A stretch of DNA of 64,000 nt, from assembly GCA_964016885.1 (NCBI GenBank), contig OZ024742.1, positions 146,878,001-146,942,000 of the forward strand. Direction: 5' to 3'. Below, in pieces: positions 11,813 through 22,844 of the stretch. The first letter of the stretch is position 1; every line of letters begins with the position of its first letter. The position numbers and the translations under genes are program-made. This stretch comes from Eledone cirrhosa (lineage: Eukaryota). The notes under the pieces were generated by a model. The model saw nothing but the letters and a program-made list of their open reading frames with translations, did no database searches and had not been told where the DNA came from.

Positions 11813-12262
11813 AGGCGGTGGATTGGCAGTATCGGTGGAGTGTCGAACGCCATGCTTTCCAACATAGTTACGTCCCTTTACGATCTGAGTTCAAATCCCG
11901 CCGAGGTTGACTTTGCCTTTCATCCTTACGGGGTCGATAAAATAAAGTACCAGTAATGCACTGGGTAATTGCTGGCCTTGTGCCTAAAGTAGAAACAATT
12001 ATAGTTAAATCCCACCGAGGTTGACTTTGCCTTTCATCCTTACGGGGTCGATAAAATAAAGTACCAGTAATGCACTGGGTAATTGCTGGCCTTGTGCCTA
12101 AAGTAGAAACAATTATAGTTAAATCCCACTGAGGTTAGCTTTGCCTTTCATCCTTACAGAGTCGATAAAATAAAGTACCAGTAATGCACTGGGAACAATT
12201 TAGTCGACTTTCTTCTTCCCTTCAAATTGCTGGCTTTGTGCCAAATGTAGAAACAATTATAG
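11813..12262 (+). mobile_element. Tandem SINE A array (one full copy plus two 3' halves)
   Basis: Units joined at aattatagttaaatccc. Confidence 0.85.
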
Positions 12263-12790
12263 TTATAAGTGGCTGAGCATTCCAAAGACATTTGCACCCT
12301 TAACACAATTCCCAGGGAGTTACAATACATGATGAAGCTAGATTACCTTCATATCTTCACACTTGATCATACTCTCCCCTAATTTTCAACTATTCTCTTC
12401 TATTATCTAATAAATACATTTGTTCTGTTAAAGGTCACATTGCTATTAACAATAATCAAGTCAACACACTCTTACAAACTTACTTCCTCTTAATATTCTT
12501 AATTCTTCCCTAACAATCTATATAGGCAGTACAATGTGGAGTGAGCTATACAATATAGAAATTAATACATAGCCCATCATTTTATCGACAGAATAAGTAA
12601 CCAAACTTTATCACTGTCTTATATACATATATATATATATATATAGGAAAATGTTCTGGACCCCGACGGCAGAGCTTAAGCTGTTTCAATGGCTATTTCT
12701 GGACTAAATTCAATTTTTATTTCAAAAGGATTAGTCAAAGTTTCTTGTAAACATAGTTAAATCATTCAATGTTGCAGCATATACATTATT

Positions 12791-12882
12791 ACATATTACA
12801 TATGTTTCACTGTCGATCAGCTTGAGGAACGATCTAATAATGATCGAACCTGACTCTGGAATCGGAAGCTCCTCAGATATGT
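12791..12882 (-). ncRNA. Type I hammerhead ribozyme motif with enlarged stem II
   Basis: Minus: acatat-CTGAGGA-(~60 nt)-GAA-ACATATGT-A-atatgt; 6-bp stem I, palindromic stem III, GUA triplet; decayed mirror copy at 15123-15214. Confidence 0.7.
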
Positions 12883-13013
12883 TTTAACATGTAGACTTGC
12901 ATGTATATGTATATGTATGTCTATGTATATATATACGTGTATGTATGAGTATGTGTATATATATATATGTATGTGTGCATGTGTACATTTTTGTGTATAT
13001 ATGTGTGTGTGTG

Positions 13014-13068
<55 letters not shown>

Positions 13069-13302
13069 CATGATAAATTAACGGAGCCATAGGCCCTCGC
13101 TATTCCCTGTAAATAATGTGCTCAAAGGAGAAGGAATCCTGAGCTCTTTAAAATACAATATGTTGAAAAGGTAACACACTAGAGAGAGATAGTGCGCCAT
13201 CAATAAAACAGGGAAAAACCACCAGTGTATGGAATCTATAACCTATGAAAGGCAGGGTAGACACGATAATTAAAAATATAAACTAAAGTGTAAATACGCA
13301 CC

Positions 13303-13482
13303 TCGAAAGAGATCTGTTTCACCAAGAAGTTGTTGACTGAAATGAAGTAGCCCATGGTTCATCAGCGTGTGTAAGGCTATACATTCTCTTAGAGTTGTCT
13401 GAAATGTATAGCCTTACACACGTTGATGAACCATGGGCTACTTCATTTCAGTCAACCTCTTGGTGAAACAGATCTCTTTCGA
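13303..13482. mobile_element. Fold-back element with hammerhead-like arms
   Basis: Arms 13303-13385 and 13403-13482; left arm minus strand CTGATGA-acca...tggt-GAAAcagatct. Confidence 0.7.
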
Positions 13483-13553
13483 TTTGTACATGTGTTATAT
13501 AGTTATATGTGAAAACAGTTGAAAATTGCAAACTTGACTGTCACCACACATTA

Positions 13554-13592
13554 TGAACCTGAAGATTGCGAAAGCATGAAAGTACTTGTTCA
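13554..13592 (+). ncRNA. Minimal 39-nt type I hammerhead ribozyme
   Basis: tgaac-CTGAAGA-t-tgc(gaaa)gca-t-GAA-AGTACT-T-gttca: 5-bp stem I, GNRA-capped stem II, palindromic stem III. Confidence 0.8.
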
Positions 13593-13729
13593 ATTAACAC
13601 TTAACATTTAATATTCTATCATACTATTTCATTATAATACCATTATAAATTTTAAAGGATTGTAAATAAAACGAGTAAATCAGACAAAGTTGGAATTCCT
13701 TTTATTAATATATATATATATATATGTAT

Positions 13730-14299
13730 ATCATCATCATCATCATCATCAACGTTTAACGTCCGTGTTCCACGCTTGCATGGGTTTGGACGGGGGTAGT
13801 CCCACTTGAGGCAAGAGTGATTGTCTTGCTCGCATAGGACTGTCTGGCAGGTTTTCTACAGTTGGATGCCCTTCCTAACACCAACCACATTTACAGTGTG
13901 GGACTGGGAGGTTTTTACCGTGTTGCCTACACAGCCACATTACAGCGTGGACTGTGTGTTTTTTTGTCGTGACACCTACACGATCTCATTTGTTTCGGCC
14001 TGGATGGCGCGGTACCAACATAACTTTACATAGAACGGGGTGGTGTGGATGGGGTGGGGGTGGTGGTGGTGGGACGAGGTGTATTTTGTTAGAGATGCCT
14101 ACTGGCTGTAGTAGGTTTTACTTTGTATTTAGGTAAGGCGGGTCTTCTCTATTACTGAGTACCGCCAAAGGTCTCGGTCCAGTGACATTGTCTTGGAGAG
14201 GTGTAAGTGTGTGAGGTCGGAGTTTATCAGCTCGTCCCAGGTTTTTCTAGGTCTGCCTATTCCGTGGCTACCGTCTATCTTTATTGCCCTGCACTTTGT

Positions 14300-14300
<1 letters not shown>
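13730..14300 (-). mobile_element. 5'-truncated RTE LINE (subfamily 2)
   Basis: Near-identical to the 3' end of 49541-51000; (TA)n on both sides. Confidence 0.9.
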
Positions 14301-14364
<64 letters not shown>

Positions 14365-14556
14365 ATAGGTTTTGTTTTTACTACTTATCTTCTATCTGCA
14401 TTATTATTACTTTATGTTTTTTCATTTATTACTGTATTTTATCTTTACTTTATTACATATTTTTCTAGGGTCATATCCTTGAGTTTTTTCTACATACCCA
14501 CTACCTCCAGCGCACTAACATTATTATATGTCTATATTGGCATATATGTCTATATG

Positions 14557-14740
14557 TCGGTGGATTGACAGTATCAGTAGAGGGTCGGACACTATGCTTT
14601 GACGCACAGAATTGCCATTCTGAGTTTGAATCCCGCCGAAGTTAACTTTGCCTTTCATCCTTACGGGGTCGATAAAATAAAGTACCAGTAATGCACTGGG
14701 TAATTGCTGGCCTTGTGCCAAAAAGTAGAAACAATTATTA
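14557..14740 (+). mobile_element. SINE family A
   Basis: A/B boxes and core present. Confidence 0.85.
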
Positions 14741-15703
14741 TATGTCTATAATATATATATATATTTTTTTCTTTATTTTATTTTCTTAGTGGTTCTGTAT
14801 CGTAGTCAGAATTGGTTTTTATTTTGTATTTCTATTCCTTTACATTTCAGCACTCCTGCATTCTTGTATTACCTTATCTCCTTAATGCTTACTTCAAACA
14901 ATGTGTCAGACCGACGGGTTGACATGCATGGATACCTACGGCAAGTTGACCCAGATGGCAATAATAGCTGCTAAATTATAGGAAGCCCGCAACTGTGATC
15001 TGACTGAAAAGAAACCAACAAGTAAATACGGTGAAATACCACTATGACAGAATTTGTGGTAGCATATAAGAATGAATCAGGATAGTATTCAACCACTCTC
15101 AGATGCGAGTCTACATGTTAAATCACATCTGAAGAACTTCCAATTCCAGAGTCAGGTTCGATCATTAATAGATCGTTCCTCGAGCTGAACGACACTGAAT
15201 CATATGTAACATGTAATAGAATATCTATATGATGCAACACAGATTCTTTGTTCCCTTATATATTAATACTATATATATGTGTCTGTGTGTTTGTATATAT
15301 ATCACCCTGGTGATCTGCTGATAAAAATAAAATACAAATAAAAGACAATATAAATAAAACAGAAAAAGTGATAAAGTAAATAAAAAGAGAAATGAAAATA
15401 AAAATAGAATTTTTTTGTAAATTATAAAAATAAATACAAAATGAATAATAAAATAGAGTAATTAACTAATAGAAAAATAAATATTAAAACAAATAAAATA
15501 TAATAAAATATAAAATGTTTTAACAAAACTAGAAAACAGAAAATAGAAAAACTATATAAAAATGAAAGAAAAAAAAAATGTTTAAACCATTTGCCTAGAT
15601 GTCACACAGTAGGATTAAATACAGAAGCATGTGATAGCATAGTGACCACTATATCTACAGCTGTGTGTAGAAACATAAATAAATGAATAAAGATTGTTGT
15701 TGC

Positions 15704-15734
<31 letters not shown>

Positions 15735-15780
15735 TATGGAATACTGTTAGCTTCTAGCTACAACAATTTCTATACTTTTC

Positions 15781-15816
<36 letters not shown>

Positions 15817-15875
15817 GAAAAGTATATATATATATACATATATACATACATACAGACATAAATTATATATGTATG

Positions 15876-16280
15876 TATATATTAGAAAGAATGAGGAAGT
15901 TTCATTTACATGTATTAGGTTTTTATTGTGTATCGACCTGCTATGCACGTTTTTCAGAGGATTGGTTCAAGATCACTGATAGGAGTTATAGACCCGACTC
16001 CATTATCAATCTACTCCTCACACTGGTGATGTGACAAAAACACTATATGTTTATGTCATATCGCCAGTCAGAAGAGCAGATTGATAATGAAGTCGGGTCT
16101 ATAATTCCTATGGGTGACCTTGAGCCAATCCTCTGCGACACATGAATAGCACCTCGATACACAATATAAACCTAATACATGTAAATGAAACTTCCTCATT
16201 CTTTCTAATATATACACTCTGCCTGTGCCTAGAGTGCTTGTTTTGGTACCACCACCAGTAATTCACTGAATCATCTACAC
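15876..16280. mobile_element. Older fold-back element with unmirrored tail
   Basis: Diverged arms ~15876-16042 and 16048-16214; tail 16215-16280 similar to 19589-19660; TA-rich flanks. Confidence 0.7.
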
Positions 16281-16309
<29 letters not shown>

Positions 16310-16316
<7 letters not shown>

Positions 16317-17053
16317 CAGAGGATATACGCAGACTAGAGAGAAACGAAGCTTGCATGCTCCGCTGGATGTGTAACAGTAATATACATGAACGACAAAGCA
16401 TAAACGAACTAAGGAAAAAATTAGAAATAAGAGGGATCAGATGTTGTTTACTCGAGAGAAGGCTACGTTGGTATGGTCACGTGATGCGCATGAAGGACGA
16501 TAGCTGTATAACAAAGTGCAGGGCAATAAAGATAGACGGTAGCCACGGAATAGGCAGACCCAGAAAAACCTGGGACGAGCTGATAAACTCCGACCTCACA
16601 CACACCTCTCCAAGACAATGTCACTGGACCGAGACCTTTGGCGGTACTCAGTAATAGAGAAGACCCGCCTTACCTAAATACAAAGTAAAACCTACTACAG
16701 TCAGTAGGCATCTCTAACAAAATACACCACCCCCACCCCATCCACACCGCCCCCTTCTATGTAAAGTTATGTTGGTGCCACACCATCCAGGCCGAAACAA
16801 ATGAGATCGTATAGGTGTCACGACAAAAAAACACAGTCCACGCTGTAATGTGGCCGTGTAGGCAACACAGTAAAAACCTCCCAGACCCACACTGTAAATG
16901 TGGTTGGTGTTAGGAAGGGCATCCAACTGTAGAAAACCTGCCAGACAGTCCTATGCGAGCAAGACAATCACTCTTGCCTCAAGTGGGAAAACCCCCGTCC
17001 AAACCCATGCAAGCGTGGAACACGGACGTTAAACGTTGATGATGATGATGATG
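16310..17053 (+). mobile_element. 5'-truncated RTE LINE (subfamily 2)
   Basis: CAEDIRRLERNEACMLRWMC...[10 protein letters not shown]; (GAT)n tail. Confidence 0.9.
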
Positions 17054-17054
17054 G

Positions 17055-17486
17055 GATAACAAATTATCATTATAGGTAATCCAGTTAGAGGTTGTGAATA
17101 CTCCATATTGTGGATAGTTTTAAAGTACGGTGTTGTTTGACTCAACAAGAGGTTTAATCTTGGAGTAATAAGAGTGAAGAATAACATGGTCAACAGTACA
17201 AAAAGGGTTTTATTTACAGTATTAACAATTGTTTCATTGATTAGGGTGTCTAAAAATTGCTAATCACTTGAAGTTGTGTCACTCAATTTTAAATACAATG
17301 TATGCTTAATCAAATCATCGGAAAAACAGTTTTTCCGATGATTTGATGAAGCGTACATTGTATTTAAAATTGAGTGACACAACTTCAAGTGATTAGCAAT
17401 TTTTAGACACCCTAATCAATGAAACAATTGTTAATACTGTAAATAAAACCCTTTTTGTACTGTTGACCATGTTATTCTTCACTCTT
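17055..17486. mobile_element. Near-perfect palindromic element (1-nt centre) with hammerhead motif
   Basis: Arms 17170-17327 and 17329-17486; CCGATGA (17335-17341)...GAA-ACAATTGT-T; tail 17055-17169. Confidence 0.8.
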
Positions 17487-17503
17487 TCACTATATATATA
17501 TAT

Positions 17504-17666
17504 ATATTCATTTTATTAAGGCTAAATAGTGAGTCTTGTTACTCTGGTGTTTCGCCTGGTGAAACTCCAGAGCAATAAGACTCACTATTTAGCCTTAATA
17601 AAATGAATATTAAAACTCTACTCCGGTATTAAGTACTTTTTTCTCTCAACCGTGAACCACATACGG
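17504..17666. mobile_element. Small fold-back element
   Basis: Arms 17504-17553 and 17561-17610, 7-nt loop; tail to 17666; TA flanks. Confidence 0.7.
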
Positions 17667-17819
17667 ATATATATTATTCTCGGGCTGAGGCATATACCTA
17701 GAAGGGAACACTATTTCCTATCATCTCCCATAAACCTTCCTTATACCTGTCCCCAATTTTTCAAAGCATCTTCCCCACCCCTCCCAAGTTTCCCACCTCC
17801 TCTATAAAATGATCTCCCT

Positions 17820-18150
17820 TGGAGCCACGACAAAAGAGCCCAGCCCACACTATAGTGGCCATGTAGGTGTCATGACAAAAGGGAGCGCCCAGTCCACACT
17901 GTAAATTGTGGTGTCATGACAAAAAGCACCCAGTCCACGCTGTAAAGTGGTCGTGTAGGTGACACAGCACAAAGCGCCCAGCACACACTGTAAATGTGGT
18001 TGGTGTTAGGAAGGCCATCCAGCCGTAGAAACAAAGCCAAAATCAGTTCTGTGAGTGAATCACGGTCCCTCGGCCTGATCACTCATAAAGGGACAGCCCG
18101 TCCTGCCCTTGCTAGCATGGAAGATGGACGTTAAACGATGATGATGATGA
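17820..18150 (+). mobile_element. RTE 3' UTR with ~48-bp subrepeats
   Basis: Repeated cccagtccacactgtaaa units and (GAT)n tail. Confidence 0.75.
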
Positions 18151-18199
18151 TATATATATAACTTTGATAGGTTTCAGCCAGTATTGGACCAGGCTATGT

Positions 18200-19450
18200 C
18201 TAACTTAATAACACCACCTAACAAAGTCTTTCAAATCAGGATTTTGACGCCATGGCCTACTCAAGTAGAGAGTTATTGTTTATGGAGACATGTCCAGTTG
18301 CAGGAAGTTTAACCAGAATTTCTTGGAGGAATTTGGCCAAAGACTTTTTGAATTTTATGGGATCTGTTTCTGTTTTAATGTGTTTTGGTGTAATGTTAAA
18401 GAGAGCAGGACCAGTTGAGGTGAAATAATTATGCCACAATGTTGTTATGAGATGCAAGTTTGATTTTTGTTGTGGGCAGATAGTATGGGGCCCAAGCCTT
18501 AGGTGTACTTTAAAGATGATGCTGACATCATTATTTGGGCAAAGAAAGTGAGTTATCCGTGGTGTCACCACCCTCTCAAATACCTTAATAATATGCGAGG
18601 AGAGTGAGATCAGACGGTAATTCACTGCAAGGGACTTGTTTTCCCTTTAGAAAACGCTGACTAAGACTGGGACAGAAAGTTTTCAGGTATATAGCCTGCA
18701 TCTATTAACTAGAGGAGATGCTGGTTGATGTTGACACACCTTCAGAACACTAGCAGGGAACCTACCAGAGCCTACTGCTGTGTTGTGTTTAATTTCATTT
18801 ATTGCCATTAAGACATCAGGGACACCAAACATTATGTCCAATATAGTGTGTTGGGGATTAACATCACTGATACATCCCAGATCAGCTATATGAGGATTGC
18901 TGAAAACAGAGCAGTATTGTTTCTGCAGTATCTCACCCATGGTTTTATCATTGTCTTCGAGAGTGCCATTTTCAACAATTAGAGGGCCAACAGTAGAGAC
19001 AGTGATCTTGGGGGTTTTTTTTTTTGCAAATGAAAAGAACACTTTGGGATTAAGTTTGATTTTGTCAATGGCTCATTCCTCTTCAGCTGTTCTTTGGTTA
19101 TTCATGCATTGTTGGAGGTGATATTTTTTTTATTTGAGCAGTGCAATATCACTTGAATGAGTGTGTTACTGTTGGAAGTATTTTAGTTTGTTGATTGTTT
19201 TTGTTTGTTCTTTTTATTTTTCTGATAATAGTTTTTTCTGTTTTGGGCGATTCGGCACTTAGTTTTGTTCACAGATCTTGGTGGGATGTGTTTTGCACAT
19301 ATGTTTGTGACAGTGTCTACAAATATCTGCCAAGATGTTTTGATGTTGGTGAAGATGTGTGTGAAAGACCAGTCAACATGTGATAGCTTGTTAGTGATTG
19401 CATCCCAGTTGGCATTATAAAGATTCATGTTATCAAATGTTTTCTCATTT
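18200..19450 (-). mobile_element. Degenerate, internally deleted CR1/Jockey-group LINE
   Basis: NYRLISLSSHIIKVFERV; GPALFNITPKHIK...FKKSLAKFL; VGPLI...GEILQKQYCSVFS. Confidence 0.75.
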
Positions 19451-19475
19451 TTATATGTATATACATATAATAACT

Positions 19476-19660
19476 TATATAATAAGGAAAACACACTGAA
19501 GTTTCGTTTACCTGTATCTATGTTTTTTGATACACAATAAAAACAAATACATGTAAACGAAACTTCATCAGTTTTTCCGTATTATATACACACTCCTGTG
19601 CATCGAGTGCTCATATAGGTATCACCACCAGTAATTCACTGAATCACTGACTCGATAAAT
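19476..19660. mobile_element. Short fold-back element related to 15876-16280
   Basis: Arms ~19476-19527 and 19538-19588; tail with gtgctcatataggtatcaccaccagtaattcactgaatc. Confidence 0.6.
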
Positions 19661-19849
19661 GTGTGGGGGGGGGGGGGTCTGCAGTGTTATGACTGGGGAG
19701 ACTACTACTTATAGGAGTACTCAATGCATGGGATGGTGCAGAGGGGGTATAGAGATAGGTAAAATCCCAACTGCAGTGCTAATCTGAGACTGCTTGGTGC
19801 CACAGTCAAGATATTGCCTCTCTCTCTCTATATATATATATATATAGAT

Positions 19850-20121
19850 GTGTGTGTGTATGCATACATGTGCACACATACATGCATACATACATATGTA
19901 TATACATTCATACATACATACATACATACACACACACATACATGCACACATATACATACGTACACACACGCACACACATGCATACATACATACACACACA
20001 CATACACATACATACATACACACACACATACATACATACATACACACACACATACACATATACATACGTACACACACGCGCACACATGCATACATACATA
20101 CACACATACATACATACACAC

Positions 20122-20156
<35 letters not shown>

Positions 20157-20262
20157 TACACACATACACACACACACACACACATACATACACACACACA
20201 CATACATACATACACACATACATACATACATACATACATACATACATACATACATACATACA
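19850..20262. repeat. Compound (CA)n/(CATA)n microsatellite
   Basis: Direct reading. Confidence 0.95.
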
Positions 20263-20449
20263 GGTAAAAGAAGCAAGAGTGACAGATATACAGAGATATA
20301 TATATATACACACAAAGAATAGGTAGAAATCCCAGAATAACACTTGTGTGCTGTGACATATGAGCAGGTTACCTGAAATAGAAAGATGTTCTAATATTTG
20401 AAGTTCTGTTACCACTATCTCTCTCTTTCACACAATATATATATATACA

Positions 20450-20750
20450 TGGTGGCTGCCAACTCGTTTTCGAGTATGGCCACTACTTTATATCCATGTA
20501 GGAGAACCCCTACTGATGCGCTGAACGAGTGTTGCTTTTTAGTCCAGCCAACGACTTGAAAACTCTGGTACAAACACTACACTTGTGACAATTACTGACA
20601 CATAGTGCTGGACCCATGGTACCATGTGACGACAAGTGCAGAGATCTCCAGATATAAAGCAATGCCTGTGCCGTGAAGCTTTTATAGTGAGCAAAGGCAC
20701 TGCACAAAGCCAGTTCCACTCTCTTAACCAAGATGATATTTACCAAAAAG
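20450..20750 (-). mobile_element. BovB-like RTE 3' end with C2H2 finger
   Basis: HKCSVCTRVFKSLAGLKSNTRSAH. Confidence 0.6.
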
Positions 20751-20754
20751 AAAA

Positions 20755-20990
20755 ACAAGGTCGGGTCGTTGACGACTAAACTGGCAACCCCACCAAGGTT
20801 TCTTGGTGAGGAGGGTGACTTTGGACATCCTGCAGGACTAAAAACAAAACCTGTCAAAGGGCAAAGGAGCTCTTAAGAGTCAATGGCCATCCAAAATCAC
20901 CGGGAGAGATGACCCCTTAGCCTTTGTCAAGGCAGAATTCTAGGAGAAGGAAAACTCTGATATAACACCTGCAACCCTGATGGTATCCAA
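20755..20990 (+). mobile_element. Probable BovB-like RTE 5' UTR fragment
   Basis: ctaggagaaggaaaactctga motif shared with 41140; similar to 61160-61400. Confidence 0.5.
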
Positions 20991-21385
20991 TGATATATAT
21001 ATATATACACACACACTCTCACACACACACATACACTCACTCACACACGCACAAACATATATGCACACACACTCTCACACACACGCACCCATACTCATAC
21101 ACGTGCATGCAGAAACACACGCACACACACTCTCACACACACACACATGCGCGTGCACAAACACACGCACACACACTTATATATACACACACACTCACAC
21201 ACGCACACATGCACACACACACACACATACATACACACACACACACATACATACACACACACACACATATATATAATTGTGGGCAGATTCCCGACAAGTG
21301 ACAGGAGGTGACCACAGTTAAAAAAGGTACTCAATACGTTGGTAGAGTATAGACACCTTTATTTTATATAGAAGTCATCTTTATA

Positions 21386-21508
21386 TTATTATTTCTACTT
21401 TTGGCACAAGGCCGACAATTATCCCAGTGCATTACTGGTACTTTATTTTATCGACCCCCGTAAGGATGAAAGGCAAAGTGAACCTCGGCAGGATTTGAAC
21501 TCAGACCA
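21386..21508 (-). mobile_element. SINE family A, truncated
   Basis: Core and B box on minus strand. Confidence 0.85.
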
Positions 21509-21559
21509 TATATCTTTATATTATATAAGTATATGTGCATTAGAGTTATGACGTTTTTG

Positions 21560-22604
21560 TAACCCTAGGTTCCTCTGTTATAAGCTGATGAACTTTTGTT
21601 TAAAAGTAATGAAAAAGGCATGAATTTGTTTTACTTCTTGATAAAGGACAACCCGAACTGAAAATTTGGTTTTACCATATATGCCATAAGGGTAAGAAAT
21701 TACAATATTTCAGAAGCTTCAATTTGCAATTTGCTAATGACGTCATCTATTACTACGCAAAGCACTTGGTCAAGAATAACATGCTGTTGGCAGCCATTGA
21801 GTTGCAGTTCTTCTTGAACAAATAGTCTTTGTAACTGAATGACAAATCCATTCCTGATCCCAGTGTTCACATTTGTAGTTTTCGCAACAATTATTCTTAT
21901 GCTCTTCCATAAATTGTATTCATCCAGAACAGCTGTTATGCCTTTTCCATTTGGTAGACCTAATACTTCTAACTTAACTTCTCTTCTTTCAGTCTTCAAA
22001 ACGAGCACTTTACCATTAAAATGCATTGACCAATTATCTAAGTGTAGTGCTTTCTTCATTTTTTCTTTAACCCTTTAGCATTTACATTACTCTCTATATA
22101 CTATTGTATTTTCACAGTAAAGGCTGTACCTCACATAATATTTCACATAATATTGAATCTATGAGATTTTGATATCATTTATTTTGAGAACAATATCTTG
22201 ACATAAGTATGAGCAGCCGGTTACAGCTGGTTTGAACAGAAAGAAGTGAGAGAATTCTGGCCAGATACAGCCGGTTTAAATGCTAAAGGGTTAAGTTTTA
22301 CAGCTCCTTTGATACTAGATCTGTAAATACCAGATTTATAACCATCTGTCCTCACTACAAAGCCATTCACCATGGATACCATAATTTTTTGGAAAGTTCT
22401 AGAAGGTTCCATAAAATCCTAGAAGGCTGCAGAAAGTCGCATACTTAAATACGATTTTAGAAATTTCGTGTTGGGGCAGCATTTTTTTTTAAATAAACAA
22501 AATTGAACCCATCTTCACTATTTTTTAACAAAAGTTCATTGAATTATGATACAGGAAATAAATTATTTCACAAAAAATCAAAAAGTTTTAAACTTTCCCC
22601 TTAA
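21560..22604 (-). pseudogene. Decayed hAT (hATm-like) transposase
   Basis: MHFNGK, IVAKTTNVNTG, GCQQHV resemble HWDGK / FDTTASNTG / ACRHH motifs; frame continues (KGAVKL|KEKMKK) across the MITE. Confidence 0.6.
22071..22290 (+). mobile_element. piggyBac-type MITE (220 bp)
   Basis: TIR ccctttagcattta/taaatgctaaaggg; TTAA on both sides. Confidence 0.9.
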
Positions 22605-22844
22605 AAAATTGTTTTTCATTTTGCCTTCTTTTCTTTCGTTGTCTTGTCCTCTCTTTGTTAATTTTCTTAAGTTTATATATATATATATATATATATAGTA
22701 AAATATGTGATTATAGTGTAATACTTCACTATTATCTTTGGTAAGATAAGAGAAGTTCTATGTATATTACAATATATGTAAATTCATAACCTTGGTTTTT
22801 TTCTAATATTGAATTTTAATGCGCTAGTATATATATATATATAC

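Noticed and set aside
11813-11905. tRNA gene
   Set aside because: A and B boxes belong to a multi-copy SINE head; no cloverleaf
12820-12850. Plus-strand hammerhead-like ttgagga...gatcgaac
   Set aside because: The minus-strand reading gives a complete core and stems; this segment is part of its stem II insert
15880-16200. Hammerhead in this hairpin and in 19476-19588
   Set aside because: CTGAAAA/CTGCGAC and GAAAC are present, but no convincing stems I and III; not called
19721-20415. Long ORFs of YVCM/HTYI composition (also ~21000, 35800, 46200, 53900, 63100)
   Set aside because: Translations of microsatellites that lack stop codons; no coding evidence
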